Positions 1 to 13,937 of a stretch of DNA of 64,000 nucleotides are shown piece after piece. How positions within the stretch are numbered: the stretch's first letter is position 1; each line of letters starts with the position of its first letter. The stretch comes from Eledone cirrhosa (Eukaryota). A model generated the notes under the pieces. That model was not told the origin of the DNA. It ran no database searches and was given only the letters and a program-made list of their open reading frames with translations. The stretch covers positions 76,880,001 through 76,944,000 of the forward strand of contig OZ024741.1 of assembly GCA_964016885.1 (NCBI GenBank). Reading direction: 5' to 3'. The position numbers were made by a program, and so were the translations under genes.

Positions 1-122
1 TTTGTGCCAGAGTTTTCAAGTCGTTGGCTGGACTAAGAAGTCGCACTCGTTCGGCGCATCGGTGGGGGTTCTCCTACATGGATATAAAGTAGTGGCCGTA
101 CTCGAAAACGAGTTGGCAGCCA

Positions 123-124
<2 letters not shown>

Positions 125-206
<82 letters not shown>

Positions 207-221
207 GTACATATATATATA

Positions 222-259
<38 letters not shown>

Positions 260-269
260 TATATATATA

Positions 270-308
<39 letters not shown>

Positions 309-337
309 ATTTGTATATATACATATGTGTGTGTAAG

Positions 338-386
<49 letters not shown>

Positions 387-410
387 ATATAAATATGTAT
401 ATACACATGT
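125..410. repeat. Interrupted (TA)n microsatellite
   Basis: TA dinucleotide run with TACA/TGTA interruptions; source of spurious YI-repeat ORFs. Confidence 0.95.
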
Positions 411-772
411 ACCGTGCGGTTAAACCACTGGGAGTGAAGGACCCCTAGCCTTTCTCAGGGCATTCTTCTAGGAGAAGGCAACTCAGAAAACTGGGATAAC
501 TCCGATATAAAACCTGCGGCTCAGTAGTTATTGATGATGTTGATCTTTTCTTCTTTTCGGATTATAGCTACTGTCGCTCAGAGAGTGGGATTGGCTCAGT
601 GCACAGTCTTTCTTCACTTTAAAAAATATCTTCACGCACAGGCATTACACGATAGAATTAATTAATAATTATTAATAATGGTATATCGTGCAATTGCCAT
701 ACTCGATAACGAGGGGACAGCCATCATATATATGTATACATATTTATATGTGTGTATATATATATATATATA

Positions 773-1060
773 TCATCATCATCATCACCATTTAACATCC
801 ATTTTTCTGCATTAGTATGGGTTAGACGAGTTGTCTCGTTGTGAGACAAATCAGATCTGATGACCATGTCTTTCTCAAACAGAACTGGTTCGGGCTTGGT
901 TTTTACGGCTGGATGTTTTTCTTAATCTCAACCATATTTACAGTGTGTACTGGGTGCTTTTTACTGTGACGCCTGCACGGCCACTTTATAGCGTAGGATG
1001 GGTGCTTTTTGTCATGGCACCACCAAAATGACCACTTTACTGTGTGGGGGAGGTGCATGG
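773..1060 (-). mobile_element. RTE-type 3' UTR / short retroposon with (ATG)n tail
   Basis: (CAT)n at 773-790, then 'tttaacatcc', 'ggctggatg...ccatatttacagtgtgtactgggtgc' blocks homologous to the 3' UTR of the young RTE copies. Confidence 0.7.
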
Positions 1061-1199
1061 AGATTGGGGAGGGAGATCTAGGGACATGAGTGAGGGATGA
1101 GGTGTTAAGGTGTGGGTAGAGTGTTAGGATGTGTGAGGTGAAAGTGCATACTAGATGTATGCTTCCACCCGTGCACGGGAGAAGGTGGATTTTCTGTAT

Positions 1200-2960
1200 T
1201 ATTGCATAATGCCAGAGATCTCAGTTCTCTGTCATCACCTTTGAAAGGTGCAATTGTGCAAGCTCAGCTCTTATCATCTTATCCTAAGTCTTCCTACTCC
1301 AAAGTTCCATCAACTTTCAGTGCTCAGCACCTTTTTATACAGCTGTTATCCTTCATTCATATCATATGTCCATACCATGTCCATATACATTCTCTTCTTC
1401 TGTACAATTCATCTGATCCCTCTTATGCCCAGTTTATCTCTCAGTTCATTTATGCTTTGCTGTTCCTTTATTGTACTATTACACATCCATTGAAACATGC
1501 AAGCTTCATTTCTTTCCAATCTGCACACAGTACCCAGGCATCACTACCATACAACATGGCAGTGTGTATGCACAGATTAAACAAACTGCCCTTCGTTTTG
1601 AGGGAAAAACCTTTAGTAGCTAGCATGCCATTCTCACTTTGGCTACAGTACTTTCAGAACATCCACCTCCACTGCTGATTTGGTCACTCAGGCAGCAGAA
1701 GCTGTCTATTGCTTCTACAGAACCCTCCAAGAATTTAATAGAGTTTGTTTCCTGTGGGCGTTTGCTGCTTACTGCTACTGCACAACAACCACATGTAAAA
1801 TCTATGTTCTTAATTAACATACCTGAGATCCCACATGTACTCATAGTTTGTATTTGGGACAGAGGATGGAATTTCTATCTACACCTTTACTCTACACTGA
1901 GCAAGGCCACTTCCCTGAGCGGATCAGGGGCCCTGGTTCCCTTCTACTTACTAGGACTTTAGTCTTTGTCAGGTTGACTTCAAGATCCTTTGATTCTAGG
2001 ACATACTTCCAGATTTGGAATTTCTTCTCTATTTCTGCCATAGACTCAGCTATAAGTGTAAGATCATCTGTGTACAGGAGTTCCCATGGGCAAGCAGTCT
2101 TAAACTCCTTTGTTATAGCCTGCAGGATGATAATAAACAGAAGAAGGCTAATAACAGCCCTGGTTGACACCTACCTTCACGCTAAATTCTTCACTATAGT
2201 CATTGTTAATCCTAACTTTGCTGACTGCTCCTCTATAACCTTCACAAGCCACTCATCTATTCCTAGTTTATTTTAGAGACCATTAGAATATGGCAAGGGA
2301 GACTCTATCCAGGTCAACAAATGCCAGGTAGAGGGGCTTACTTTTAGCTAAGTACTTCTCCTGTAGTTACTTCACAAGGAAGAGAGTATCAGTGGCACCT
2401 ATACCTGGAACAAATCTGAACTGCATCTCATCTAGGTTAACCCAGTCCCTAATCAGCTGTTCTATAACTCTTTCTGTGACCTTCATGACCTCGTCCATCA
2501 ATTTGATGCCTCAATAATTTTCTCTATCTAGTGCATGTCCTTTACCCTTGTAACAATTGACAATGATGCTGCTATGTCAATCATTCGGTATGACACCATT
2601 TAATATTACTTGGTTTACAATATGAGTGAGGATGGTCTGACCCACCACCCCAAATACTTTCAGCATCTCAGCAACTATCCCAAAAGGTCCAGTTGCCTTG
2701 CCTGTCTTCATATCTTTGCTTGCTTTATTTACTATACTACTGCTAACTTGCACAGCCAGTCCCTCTGTTGGTTCAACTTGGGACAAACTATCTTCATCCC
2801 ATTCATTCTCCTCATTTAGTAGTCTTTCATAGTGGCACTTCCATGCTACCTTCTTTTCAGCATCAATGTGGGCAAGTACACTATTATCATCACGGACACA
2901 CATCTCCCCAATGACATCACATTTTCCCTGACACATTGCCTTGCAATCCTGAACACCTCA
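1200..2960 (-). pseudogene. Degenerate RTE-clade LINE ORF (RT region)
   Basis: ORF fragments '[16 protein letters not shown]', 'EFKTACPWELLYTDDL', 'IDFTCGCC' match the young RTE ORF; many stops, frameshifts and deletions. Confidence 0.9.
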
Positions 2961-3059
2961 TACCTTTGTGTTGCAGAACATGCTTAAATTTTTTATCTTC
3001 TGCTTCCCTTTTCGCAAAATACACTTGTCAGCTAGCTTCTCTCCAAGCCTCCTGGTAGT

Positions 3060-3250
3060 GTTTGGGCAAAACCAACCTGTAGGAGACCTAGGGGTAGACC
3101 CCGAGCAAGATGGTTGGATAACATCCATGAGCTTGGTTAGTCTCGCTTGAGATCCAGCTGGATGAGTTGGAGACAGTTGTTTCTGATAGGAGCCGGTGGA
3201 AGGAGTGTTTGAGGACTCTGCCCCCACGACCCTCTCAGGAATAAGTGGGC
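3060..3250 (+). mobile_element. 3' coding end of another non-LTR element (RTE-like C-terminus); second copy at ~58030-58208
   Basis: Reads ...GRPRARWLDNIHELG...; the same ~190 bp block recurs at 58030-58208. Confidence 0.55.
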
Positions 3251-3724
3251 AAAGAAGAAGAAAACCTCTTCCATCGCCAGGAAAGCATCTCAAATTTAAG
3301 GGAATGAGAGGAATGAAGAGAAGAAAAATAGGAAAAAAGAAAGGAAAATAGATAGAGTAGTGAGAAAGTGGAGAAGAAGGAATGAAAAGAAATAAAAAAA
3401 GATATGACAGAAGGGAGTGGGTGTGTAGGACAGTGTCACACAGGCAGATTACATTGGCAGGTCACAGGGCTATTGTTAGCATGGGCAAATTTACAGTCAT
3501 TGGCTATAACTTGATAGCAAAAGGGAGAAAGGGGAGGAGGGATGGTGGTTAGAGGTGGAGGGAGTCAAGTTGTTCATCATGCATATACACACGTGCACAC
3601 ATATTAAGAAGCATGATTGATATTCTACTTTAACTAATATACCCACCCTGCATCATACCATGTTTCAAATACTTCTCTGTTTTGTGGTCTTCCTTGTCTC
3701 CATACCACATCCATCAATATATAT

Positions 3725-3858
<134 letters not shown>

Positions 3859-3912
3859 ATATTGAACAATGAAAAATATAACAAAAGTCGAAGATAGGTT
3901 CTTAATTAGTTG

Positions 3913-4034
3913 ATTGTTTTACAATCGTTTCAGAGGGATGATTTATCAAGGCAACTAACAGGTAGTGGTTATGTCATCACCTATTTCTAGTCTTGATATC
4001 CTAGATCCATCTCACTGTCTTCCTCAGAAACAAT
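3913..4034 (-). ncRNA. Type I hammerhead ribozyme with long stem II
   Basis: Minus strand: ATTGTTT-CTGAGGA-aga..~85 nt..tct-GAAA-CGATTG-TA-AAACAAT; 7-bp stem I, GTA cleavage triplet. Confidence 0.65.
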
Positions 4035-4599
4035 GATTGTTTCTGAGGAAGACAGTGGGTAATTATTAGGAGTATACTGGGAATCCTATTTTTTATACCA
4101 GTAGGCAAATTTTCTCCAGTTACAAGTACCTTAAATGTTCCTTTATTATTATTAAACATCTATTTTCCATGCCCACCTGGGCTGGATTGGCTGTCACTCT
4201 CTGAGACTAGATCAGACAGGTAGCTACATCTAATTCATACATTCCCTTTATGGCATGGCCTCTATGGCTGTACACCTCTCCAAACCTCATCTGATCATTT
4301 TATATGGGTGGGAGTGGGGTGGAGATTAAGAAGGGGAATAAGTGTGATGTCATGGATGTATGTCAAGAGTGATGAGGTGGTGGGAAATGACAGAGTGATG
4401 AGTAGGAAGGGAGTGGTAACCTCCAAAGTACTGAGATATTAATAGATAATAAAAAGTTATGTTAGATGTTTTAGGATTTTAGAGGCTATGGTAACCTGGG
4501 AAGAATAGGAGAGTGGTGGAAGTGATCCTAAAGAGAGTAGCTTCTAAGGAGTGGAAAGGGAGCATGCGCATGGGTCACATCAGGTCACATTTTATGCTG

Positions 4600-5700
4600 G
4601 TTGGAGGAGCTTCTCCAGTACAGCATATCGCCAGTTCTCACAGTCCTTTGTCATCTCCATTGTGTGGTTCATCTTCATAAAGTCCATTTTCACTACCTCA
4701 TCTCATTCCTTCTTGGGTCTGCCTCTTCCATGAGTCCCATCCACAAAGATTTATTTGCACTTTTTATGAATTGTGTCCATACTAATGCAGTCATCTCACT
4801 TGCACATTATACCCAATTTTTTTTACTTCTATGCCACATTTTTCTTCTAGCTTACTTATGCTGCATGGTTCATGCAGACATTACACATGCATCAGAGCCT
4901 AATTGACTTTGAGGCTTTTCAATTCCAGATTTTGCTTCCAGGTTTGGAATTTTATTTTCTAGTTCATCTGCCACAGATTCCTATGAGAACTAGGTCATCT
5001 GAGCTCCCACGGGTAGCCAGCCATAAACTCCTTTCTAATAGTCTATAATAAATAGGTTGGAGCTGAGGACAGAGCTCTGGTGGACCTCCACTAGCATGAT
5101 AAAATTGTCAATATACTTTACTAAGTTTACTTTTAGGCCTTTGAAAGCTTAGAATTTTGCCTCTAACTTTCCTATAAGGATTAAATCATCAGTATACAGG
5201 AGTTCCAATAGCATGCCAATTTGACTCCTACATAATGGCTGGAAGAACAATGATAAACAGATGTGGGTTGAGGACTGAACCTTGGTGGGCCCCTATCTGC
5301 ATTTCAAATCCATTTCACTGTCGATTCTCACCTTTCTGATTGCACCTCTACACGTGGCTTCTACAGCCCTCGCAAGTCATTTGTCTACACATAGCTCCCT
5401 TATTACCCACCATATTACAGCTGTCAAAAGCTCTCCTCAGATCCATAAATGCCAGGTACAGTGGCTCACCAAAGAGAGGACAGCGATAGTACTTGTAGTG
5501 GGCATAAAGCAGAACTGCATCTCATCTAACTTAACTCTGTCTCTAATTAGTTGTGCTATAACCCTTTCAGTAACTTTTATGACCTGATCCATCAACTTGA
5601 TACCACTGTAGTTCCTCCCTCTAATACGTCTTTTACCCTTCTAGCAGTTCACAATGATACTGCTGCACCAATCATTGGATATGACAATCCTGTACTACTT
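4600..5700 (-). pseudogene. Old RTE-clade LINE relic(s)
   Basis: Degenerate RT motifs (MQFCF, GSVLNP, WELL) and a C-terminal RGRPKK-like segment on the minus strand. Confidence 0.7.
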
Positions 5701-5756
5701 GATTAATAATGCATCTGACCAACACATAACCTACTATCCTAGATATTTTTATAACA

Positions 5757-6520
5757 GTAGAGGGTGTCATACCCAATGGCTTGAGTGGCAGTATCATTGT
5801 CAACTGCTACAAGAGCAAGGGAGATGCACTAGATAGAGGAAACTATAGAGGTGTCAAGTTGGTGGGCCAGGTCATGAAAGTTACTGATTAGGGATTAAGT
5901 TAACGTAGATGGAAAGCAGTTCCATTTTGTGGCAACTAGAGGTACCACTAATGACCTTTTTCCTGTGAGATAACAACAAGAGAAGTAGTTAGCTAAGAGT
6001 AAGGCCCTCTATCTAGTGTTTGTTGAATTGGAGAAAGGTTTTGATGTTACCTCACTCCATAGTCATGTTGGCTCTTAGGAAACGAGGGGCAGTACAAACC
6101 ATGTACAGAAGTACAGTAAGCAAGACTAAAGTAAACAATGAGTATAATGACAAGTTTAGTATGCAAGTGGGGGTCGACCACCACTCACACCTCAACCTCT
6201 TTCTGTATACTATTATTGGGTCTTGACTGCAGAAGACATGAGAAGGCTAGAAATAAATGAAGCAAGTATGCTCCAATGGATGTCTAGCTGAAAGAAAAAC
6301 TTAGCGTAAAAGGAATTGGATGTAGTGTGCAAAACAGAAGACTGTTTTAGTATGGAAGATGACAGCTGTATAAAGAACTGCAAATAAACTGCTATAGAGT
6401 GAACTTGTGGAAGAGGCAGACCCAAAAAGACATGGGATGAAGTAGTAAAAACTGAACTTAAGAAGCTGAAACTTACAACAGAGATGACTGAGAGGAGTGG
6501 CAACATGCTATGCTAGTGAA
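5757..6520 (+). pseudogene. Old RTE-clade LINE relic
   Basis: 'IIVNCYKSKGDALDRGNYRGVKL' and 'RGRPKKTWDEVV' remnants on the plus strand. Confidence 0.75.
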
Positions 6521-7214
6521 AACCGATCTACCAACCTAAACCTGACAACCTATCCAAGTATCACCCCTGTCCCCAGTACTATCACCCCTTAGCAGCTATC
6601 CTTGCTATTACTGCATCCCCATGCACAAAATACTGCCCCTGTAGCAGCTATTTTCAGTATCACTGAATACCCCCCACCCATACCCTATTCTGGGTCACTT
6701 CCACTCCACTTAAATTCTAATATCCACATTTTACCCAAGGTCACCACCCAATCATCCTACCACTCTACTCTAGATACACCAGTGATGGCTCCCTAGTAGC
6801 TATTAACACCACAATATCTCCCACACTGCAAGAGATTGCCCGCCCCTCCTATCCATCATCTCTCTGTCAAATCTCTCCACATTTGCCAACTCTGCCCATA
6901 GGGTAAAGAGGGCTCCTCAGCTGAGTCAATGACAACAACCTCTCTAGTGCCATGATAAATACACCCAGTACATCTTGTATGGTGGTTGATGATAGGAAAA
7001 GTACCCCACTGTAGAAATAATGTCAAGAGTAGGAAGATTCTTAGTTATGTCAAGGGCACAACTTCTCTAGTGTTGGTGATCTATATAAACGCAACCAGTA
7101 CACTCTGTAAAGTGGTTAGTGATAGGAAGGGCATCCAGGTATAGAAAACTTGGCTAACGAATCTAATATATATTCAAATATTCAATAAAATGATGGAATT
7201 TATAGTTAAAGTAT

Positions 7215-7800
7215 ATCATCATCATCGTTTTTACATCCATTTTTCCATGTTTGCATGGGTTGGACAGGTCCTTCTCAGCACTGTATTTATTAACTCACGT
7301 TCCTTTGTCATCTCCTCTGTGAGTCTCAGTGATTTGAGGTCAGCTCTCACAACCTCTGCCCAGGTCTTTCTTGGTCTACCTCTACTGCGACTTCCTTCCC
7401 CCAGCATTTCCTGGCATTTCTTCACCCAACAATCATTGTCCATGCGTATCACATGCCCAAACTAACACAGTCTTCTCTCCTGCACACCACCTTGGATTCC
7501 CCTTAAACCCAGCTTTTCCTTCAACTCATCCAAGCACTGCCTTTCTCTCAGACTTACATTGCACGTCCTCCTCAGTCACAGCCCATGTTGCACTACGCCA
7601 TAAAGTCATTCTTTTGTACGTAAGGTGAAATCTTCTGTGCTCAACAGTGAGAGTAGCTCTCTAAACTTTTTCCATCCTATCCTTATTCTAGCTATTATGC
7701 TCCGTTGCTATTTACATTACCTAAATAGCAGAAGCTATCAACCATATCTATGGATCCTTCCTGTGACTGGAATAGGTTTACATCACTGTCTCTCTTCCCC
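7215..7800 (-). pseudogene. 3' fragment of a second RTE family
   Basis: ORF 7231-7452 'VKKCQEMLGEGSRSRGRPRKTWAEVV'; (CAT)n tail at ~7215; same family as 59290-60661. Confidence 0.85.
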
Positions 7801-8494
7801 TTGGTTACCCTGTGCATCTTCTACATACAAAGTCTTCCCTTCCTGAAGTTGTTTTTAATCATAAACACTGCCCTCTTAGACAGGCTAGCTTCATTTCAGG
7901 TGTGGGGTCCACATCTACCCCAAAAGGTCATTTGTAATTTGGGGTTTCTACCATCTTGTATAATCTGCCATCTCACTAGCTCAGCATCTGCCCCATGAAC
8001 ATGAATCATAATCTTAAATTTCTCGTGGCAAATTGGCATTGTTGATGTAGAAGTGGGGCATAAGTGTGATGGTGTGAAAAGTAACAAGAGGGAAGGTAGT
8101 GGAAAGGGTAGAGTGCAAGGCCATGTCAGCCAAACAGCGAGCCGGTAGGTGGTGGATGGGGGGGATTTATGCGGAGACGCTGTAACGGGAAGTTAGGGTG
8201 AGAGAAGTGGATGTTAAACATCAAAATAATAATAATAAATATAAAAGCACGTGAACAGAAATGTTTAAAAACATGATAGGGATTAATACAGAAAGACAAA
8301 GAGGACTATCTTATCTGCTTTGGTTTTTGGTTCTTTCATGCTAAATGTTGAGAAATAGACGAGATAGGAAAAAAGGAAAGCTAGCTTGCCTTTTCGCGCT
8401 GTATGATGGCAACTTGACTGGAGGAGGAGGGGGGAACGGTCATCTTGACAAAGGTTAAGTGAAAAAGTTAGAGCAAAATATAGCGATATATAAA

Positions 8495-8776
8495 TTAATA
8501 ACTCCTTGGTTACAACATTCTATGTAGAAATACTTGAATCCATGAGTTTTCCTTGACCTTCTTCTTGTCCCTCTGGCTATTGTTGTATTTCATTTTCATT
8601 CAATAAACCAATTACAATAATTTTCTTCCACATTTTCTTTAATCATTATCAAACATATATCCACTAAATTACAATGAACTTGTTCTATTTATGTAGCTAT
8701 CTGTCTATCTATTAACCTATCTATTTTCTGCTGTTGGGATTTGGGCTTGGTTGTTCTTATTTGATGATAGATATAT
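8495..8776. repeat. Left arm of old ~280 bp inverted repeat (right arm 19221-19500)
   Basis: 'ccttcttcttgtccctctggctattgttgtatttcatttt' is the diverged reverse complement of 'aaaatgaaatacagcaatggctggagggacaagaagg' at ~19400. Confidence 0.75.
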
Positions 8777-9006
8777 TTCTTTATTTGCCACAAGGGCACA
8801 AAAGAAGGGGACAAATACAAGTGGGGAGTTTACATACAGGTATATGAAAATAAAACTATTAATACAATAACAAATAACAATTGAAATCCCCAATAGGGGG
8901 GAGGTGTTACACAGGGGTTGTACACACCCCAAAAAAATGTACAACCCTCATCTCCAGGAGCACCAAGAGTGAGTACTCCCTTCCTCTCTTCCTCTTTTTC
9001 CTCAAC

Positions 9007-11853
9007 CTACAGGCTTATATAGATCGCCCAACCACTCGGGCCATCTTTGCCACATTCACCCACCTTTCATAAAATTTGCTGGGGTACAGCACCTCTCTCT
9101 CCATCCTGATTCATCTTCCAAAATGATATTTGAAAAAACGAATCAGTTGCTCACCGGAGAGAAAGGTGTCTGACCTCAGCCCTTTTAACCTCGTCCACCA
9201 TATAACCTCTTTCACCATAGCCATAACACATAGGAAAACCGCCTCTCTCTCGTTTTTGAAGGAGGGTGGCAGTTTGATCATGACAATGGACTCGGTGGTC
9301 AACTGGATTGGTCCCACTTGCGACAATAGTCGTTCTACATAGCCCCACAGGTCGGTAACGCCCAGGCAGTGTACAAATGAGTGTGCGACGGTTTCCTCGT
9401 CGCGCACGCATCTCGGACAGATCTTTTTCGAAGGGTCCCTACCCGGGCGCCCGTGTCTGTAGAGCTTGTCTCGAACTGGTAGAGCTCCTCGGTAGCACTG
9501 CCAGGCCAGTGACTTTTGGAAGTTGTCCATTGGTCCCGGGCGGAAGGTCCTACCGAACAGACTGGCCAGTTCGTCCTCCTCTACGCCTAGAGTTTCTTCG
9601 AGCGTGTCGTCGCACTTGCTGCGGACCAACCCTCTATAGAATGTCAAAGTGGAGTCACCACTGATCGCCGGGTCCGTTTGCCAGAGGACTGTGAGCGCCT
9701 GAGCACATACGATGTGCCAGTCGCCCATTTTCCTCGGTCTTTGCTTGACCCAGGACTGCAGCTCGGTCAGCGAGATGAGTCAAGGGAAGGCTCGCCTCAT
9801 GAACGGGGCCCACACCAGTTGTCTGGTGAGGAATACGTGGAAGTGCTGCAGCCTGAGCACGTGTTTGCGCATCGTCAGCCACGGCATCCTCAGCCCTCCG
9901 TTTGAAGGGTGTTGGCAGCAGATGGATCTTCTGACCAAAGGAGCCCGTTTCTTCCAAAGGAATTGGAAGAGCGTGCGCTCCATTTTGGTGAGCGTTTTGG
10001 CTGGACAAGGCACAACGGTCAAGCGGTAGTAGATGACGGACGCTATAAAACACGGGACCGAAGCCTGCCGCCTCGAGCACCGCATCCAGGTAACGATGGT
10101 CAACCCTATCGAAAGCCTTAGACTGATCCAAGTTGATCAGGGCCCCACCGGTGCCGGGTTTACACCCTACCCTCTCTATGATGTATCGCATGAGGTGGAG
10201 GTTGTCGTGTATGGACCTGGTCGGGATTGCGCATGTCTGCGCTTCTCCCACCAGGTTTTTGACGACAAGCGCCAGCCTCTTTGCCAACACCTTGGCCAAA
10301 ATCTGTAACTCTGTGTTGAGCAGAGTTATGGGCCGGAAGTTGCCTATGTCATCCCCCTTGTTCTCGTCCTTCCTGACTAACGTGATTACGCCCTTGGTCA
10401 CAGAACTGGGAATTCTCCCATTCTGCTGCCAGTTGCAGTAGACCGCTTCCAGGAGACCGAAGAACAAGTCCGGCATTGCTACGTAAAATTCGTAGGGTAG
10501 ACCGTCGAGACCTGGAGATTTGCGTTTGCCACATTGGCTCAGCGCGTACCCTATCTCAGCGGCCAAAATCGGCCTTTCGCAGAACTTCGCCTCACTGTCC
10601 GAGAGTCGCAGTAGGAACCAAAATCCATAGCTCCTCCCGGCGCACCGCCCTGCCTGAACAGTTGAGCAAAGTGCCGCTGAAAGGCAGCGCACATTTGCTT
10701 CGGTTCACGTATCACGCGTCCGTCTTGGTCCTTCAAAGACCAAATCATGGACTTGTTGCCCCTTTTCGCCTCCGTCACTCGGGCCCAGCTAACAGCTTTG
10801 GCTCCCTCGTTTCCCAGGGCACGTATTTTGCTTCTGACAATGCAGCCTTCATGCTTTGCGTCAAAGAACTGGTCCAAGGCCGTTCTCGTCGCTAGCACGC
10901 TGGCTACGTTGCCACTCCTAAGTGCCTCTTCTATTTTATCTACCAGTTCCTTTTCGGTCTTATTTCTATCTAACACTAATTCTTTACTAAAACCTATCGA
11001 GTCTAATCTAACTGCCCTCTTGAGAGAGTACCACCATCTGTTGTTGACAATGGCCCCCGTCAAGTGCTGCTTAACTAAAGTGCTAATCCGTCTACTGTAG
11101 GCTTTGCATGTCGGTAACGACAAGTTCAGCTTCCAGTAGCCGGATCCCTGTCTATGGGTTTTATCACTAATTTGTGATCTGAATAGGCAACCATGAAGAT
11201 TTGTGGACAGCTTAACATGTCCCTATCCTTCTTTCTGACTAGAACTCTATCTAGGTACGATCTAGATGTTCCGCTGCGATTAGTCCACGTCCACAGTGAC
11301 ACAGCCGGAAAATCTAGTCGATATCTATCGGCCAGATCACATCGGCTGATTAACTGTTTGAGGCTGTTACACCCTCCTCTATCGGGACATGCTCCCACAT
11401 AGTCCCAACGTGCATCTAGGATTCCATTCCAGTCCCCCACTAACAGCAGGGAGCGGGACGTTCCCAGAAAAGTCTCTAGACGTTTGAAGAAGTCTGGCCG
11501 CGGTGTCCCGGATGGGGCATATGCGGCCACCAGCCTGAAGGCTCCACCTTCACTACCGTCAACGTCTAGGACGACCAGTCGACTCTCCGGGTCCAGATGT
11601 ACCGTCTGTGTTACGAGGTCCAGGTGTTTCCGCAGCAAAACGGCAACCCCACCCCCACCTCCCGGCTGACAGAGATGCGTAGATCTCAAAGTCGTCGAAG
11701 ATGGGGGCCAGTTGTCGCTCACTGTGGATCCTGGACTCGCAAATGGCTTCTACATCCATACTGTGCGACCTGAGGTTGTTTAAGAGTTTGCCCTGTTTCC
11801 AGGGCATCCCCCAGGCCGCGTACATTCACACATCCAACTCTTATATTGGCCAT
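9007..11853 (-). pseudogene. Tx1 ORF2 (APE endonuclease + RT), disrupted
   Basis: Starts MANIRVGCVNVRGL; motifs KSPGLDGLPYEFY, NFRPITLLN, LDQSKAFDRV; frameshifts; internal deletion near 10050 removes the YADD region. Confidence 0.9.
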
Positions 11854-11889
11854 GTTGGTGCTGAAAAGTTAAAAGAAGAGGAAAAGAAA

Positions 11890-13696
11890 TCACTCACCTC
11901 TTCGTCTCCTGGGGACCAGGCTGCACAATTTCCATGGGGGTGTTGGAGGAGTTGTTTGGTGGGGTGGTGGTCTCTGGAGGAGTGGGGACAGAGATGTTTG
12001 GTGGGGAGGGGTGTCTGGTGGGATGAGGAAACATTTTAACAGGACTTGATTGTAGGGTTTGACGCAGGGGTTACCTACGTCGTTAGGAAATTTTTCTTTT
12101 AACTGTTTATGTGTGTCCATGGAGGTCCTAATCATTTTAAGACTAGGATTCTCCGAAGAGTGTGTAAAAGTTTTCCCTTGGGTCTCCACCGAAGGGTTTT
12201 TATATATGGTGTCTGTTGAAGTTTTATTGTTAGTATTTATGTAGGTGTAACATTTTTGTTGTGTTGGGTTGCTTTTTGTCTGTGGCTCTTGTGTGTGTTT
12301 ACGTTTTGTAGTAGGTGTTTTGTTTTCAGGAGGGGGTGTTTTTGTTGCTGTTTGCGTCGCTAGTGTTGGTGTTTGCGTGTTTGTTGCATTTTTGTTTGTG
12401 TTATGTCTTTTCTTTTTTCTTTTTACTGGTCGAAAAGGCTCTCCCTCATCGTCACTGGGTGATGATGATGAGGCCTCATCCGTGTTGTTGAGGAGGGGTA
12501 CATTTTGGGGAGCTGTTATGTGTGTGGGTGTTTCTGGTGTTGTTTTAGGTGGGGAGGGGTTGGGTGGGACTGTGTTTGTCGTTTGTTTTGTTGTCACTAT
12601 TTGTTAATGTTGTTGTTGTTGTTGTGGTGGTGGTGGTGGTGGTGATTGTTGTGCTGGTGTTGCAGGTGTTGGCAGTAATGCCTTTTTTTGGCTAGTTAGC
12701 TGAGGACAGGAAGCTCTCAGGTGACCCCTGCTTAGGCAGTGGTAACATGAGGGCTGCCTAAATGTCTATGTATATAAGTCCATCCAGCAGCACACGTTCC
12801 GGGATCCTAGCTATTCGTTCTGGTGTCATTTGGACCAGAATTTCCAGGCTAGTTCCGCTGAACAGGTCGCCGGAGGACTTACCTACCGATATTATTGTGT
12901 CTTTTTCTAGGTTTAAAGATCCACATAGTACCCACCAAATATCAATATTTGGTGTGATACTTTGGATTTTTATTTTCTGTGTTCTTTTCCCCATGTAAGT
13001 GGGGAAAAGGGTGAACAACGGTGACACAATTGGTGACACAGAGTGTTTCTGTGCCGTCAGTTGGTCTTTCATCAGAATGGATAAACTCCCGTAGAGTCTA
13101 CCCTTCTGAATGAAAGCAATGTCTTTTAAGGCATCTTCTAAAACCAACTCAATTTCGCCTTGTGAAAGTTGAGTCGGTTTTCGGGTTTTGTTTGAGACTG
13201 TCTTGAAAACCACAGTTTTCAAGGCAGCTTCTCTTCGCAAATCTGGGGGAGAGTTTATGGAGAATGATCCGTTCTCCCCGAAAGTTACATATCATCTGGC
13301 GTTATTCAAAAGCTCATTTGCATTTAAAATATCTACCAGTGTGTAGCTTACCGTTTTCTTTACGGTTTGCGCAAACGATATTTTGTCGTTTACTTCCTTG
13401 TTGCAGTTATTGGTCTTGTTGTTGCTGTTATTGTTATTGTTGTTGGTGTTGTTTTCGTTCGTAGCATTGTTGTTGTTGTTGTTGCTGGTGCCGCTGGTTG
13501 TGTTGGTTTTGTTCATTGTTTCACACTTTTGGTTTGTTGCCATGGCAACGTCAAGTTGTCAGTCTGCAGGTGGAGGAAATCCTTCTTCTGGATGACCTTT
13601 GTCTTTGACATCTGCTACTATGACAGTGGCAGGAGGAAGCTGTAAGCATATCTTCCCCTTTCCTCCTTCGAATGTTGGTGAAGAAGCTTCAGCCAT
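11890..13696 (-). pseudogene. Tx1 ORF1 (gag-like), disrupted
   Basis: ATG at 13696 (MAEASSP); Asn/Thr/Pro low-complexity tracts; CYHCLSRGHLRASC (CX2CX4HX4C) at ~12706-12747. Confidence 0.75.
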
Positions 13697-13937
13697 TTTT
13701 TTTTATTTTTTTTTAAAGAACGCTAGCTTTTCCAAAAAAACTTTTTGTGAACTATTTCGCCTAATGGCGTAGAATATTTTGAGAGACTGACCAGATCAAA
13801 ATTTGACCTGGCAGTCCCTCTACAAATTGGTATAAAAATGAAGGTTTACAGTTAGGAATTTCTATAGAAATTTAGGCAGAACTTACCCAGCAAGTTTCAC
13901 GCGTGTGTCCATCCCAGAGAGATAGAGAGATAGATAA

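Larger units (their letters stand above)
8775..13914 (-). mobile_element. Tx1/L1-clade LINE, full-length but degenerate (copy A)
   Basis: 5' UTR, ORF1 with CCHC knuckle, ORF2 with APE (GDWN, SYLDR, YSDH), RT and C-terminal CPRC..H..C; 3' UTR ending in AATAAA. Confidence 0.9.

Noticed and set aside
5560-6000. Twin-priming inversion of a single RTE
   Set aside because: The two opposed relics cover the same RT segment and are quite diverged; more likely independent old insertions
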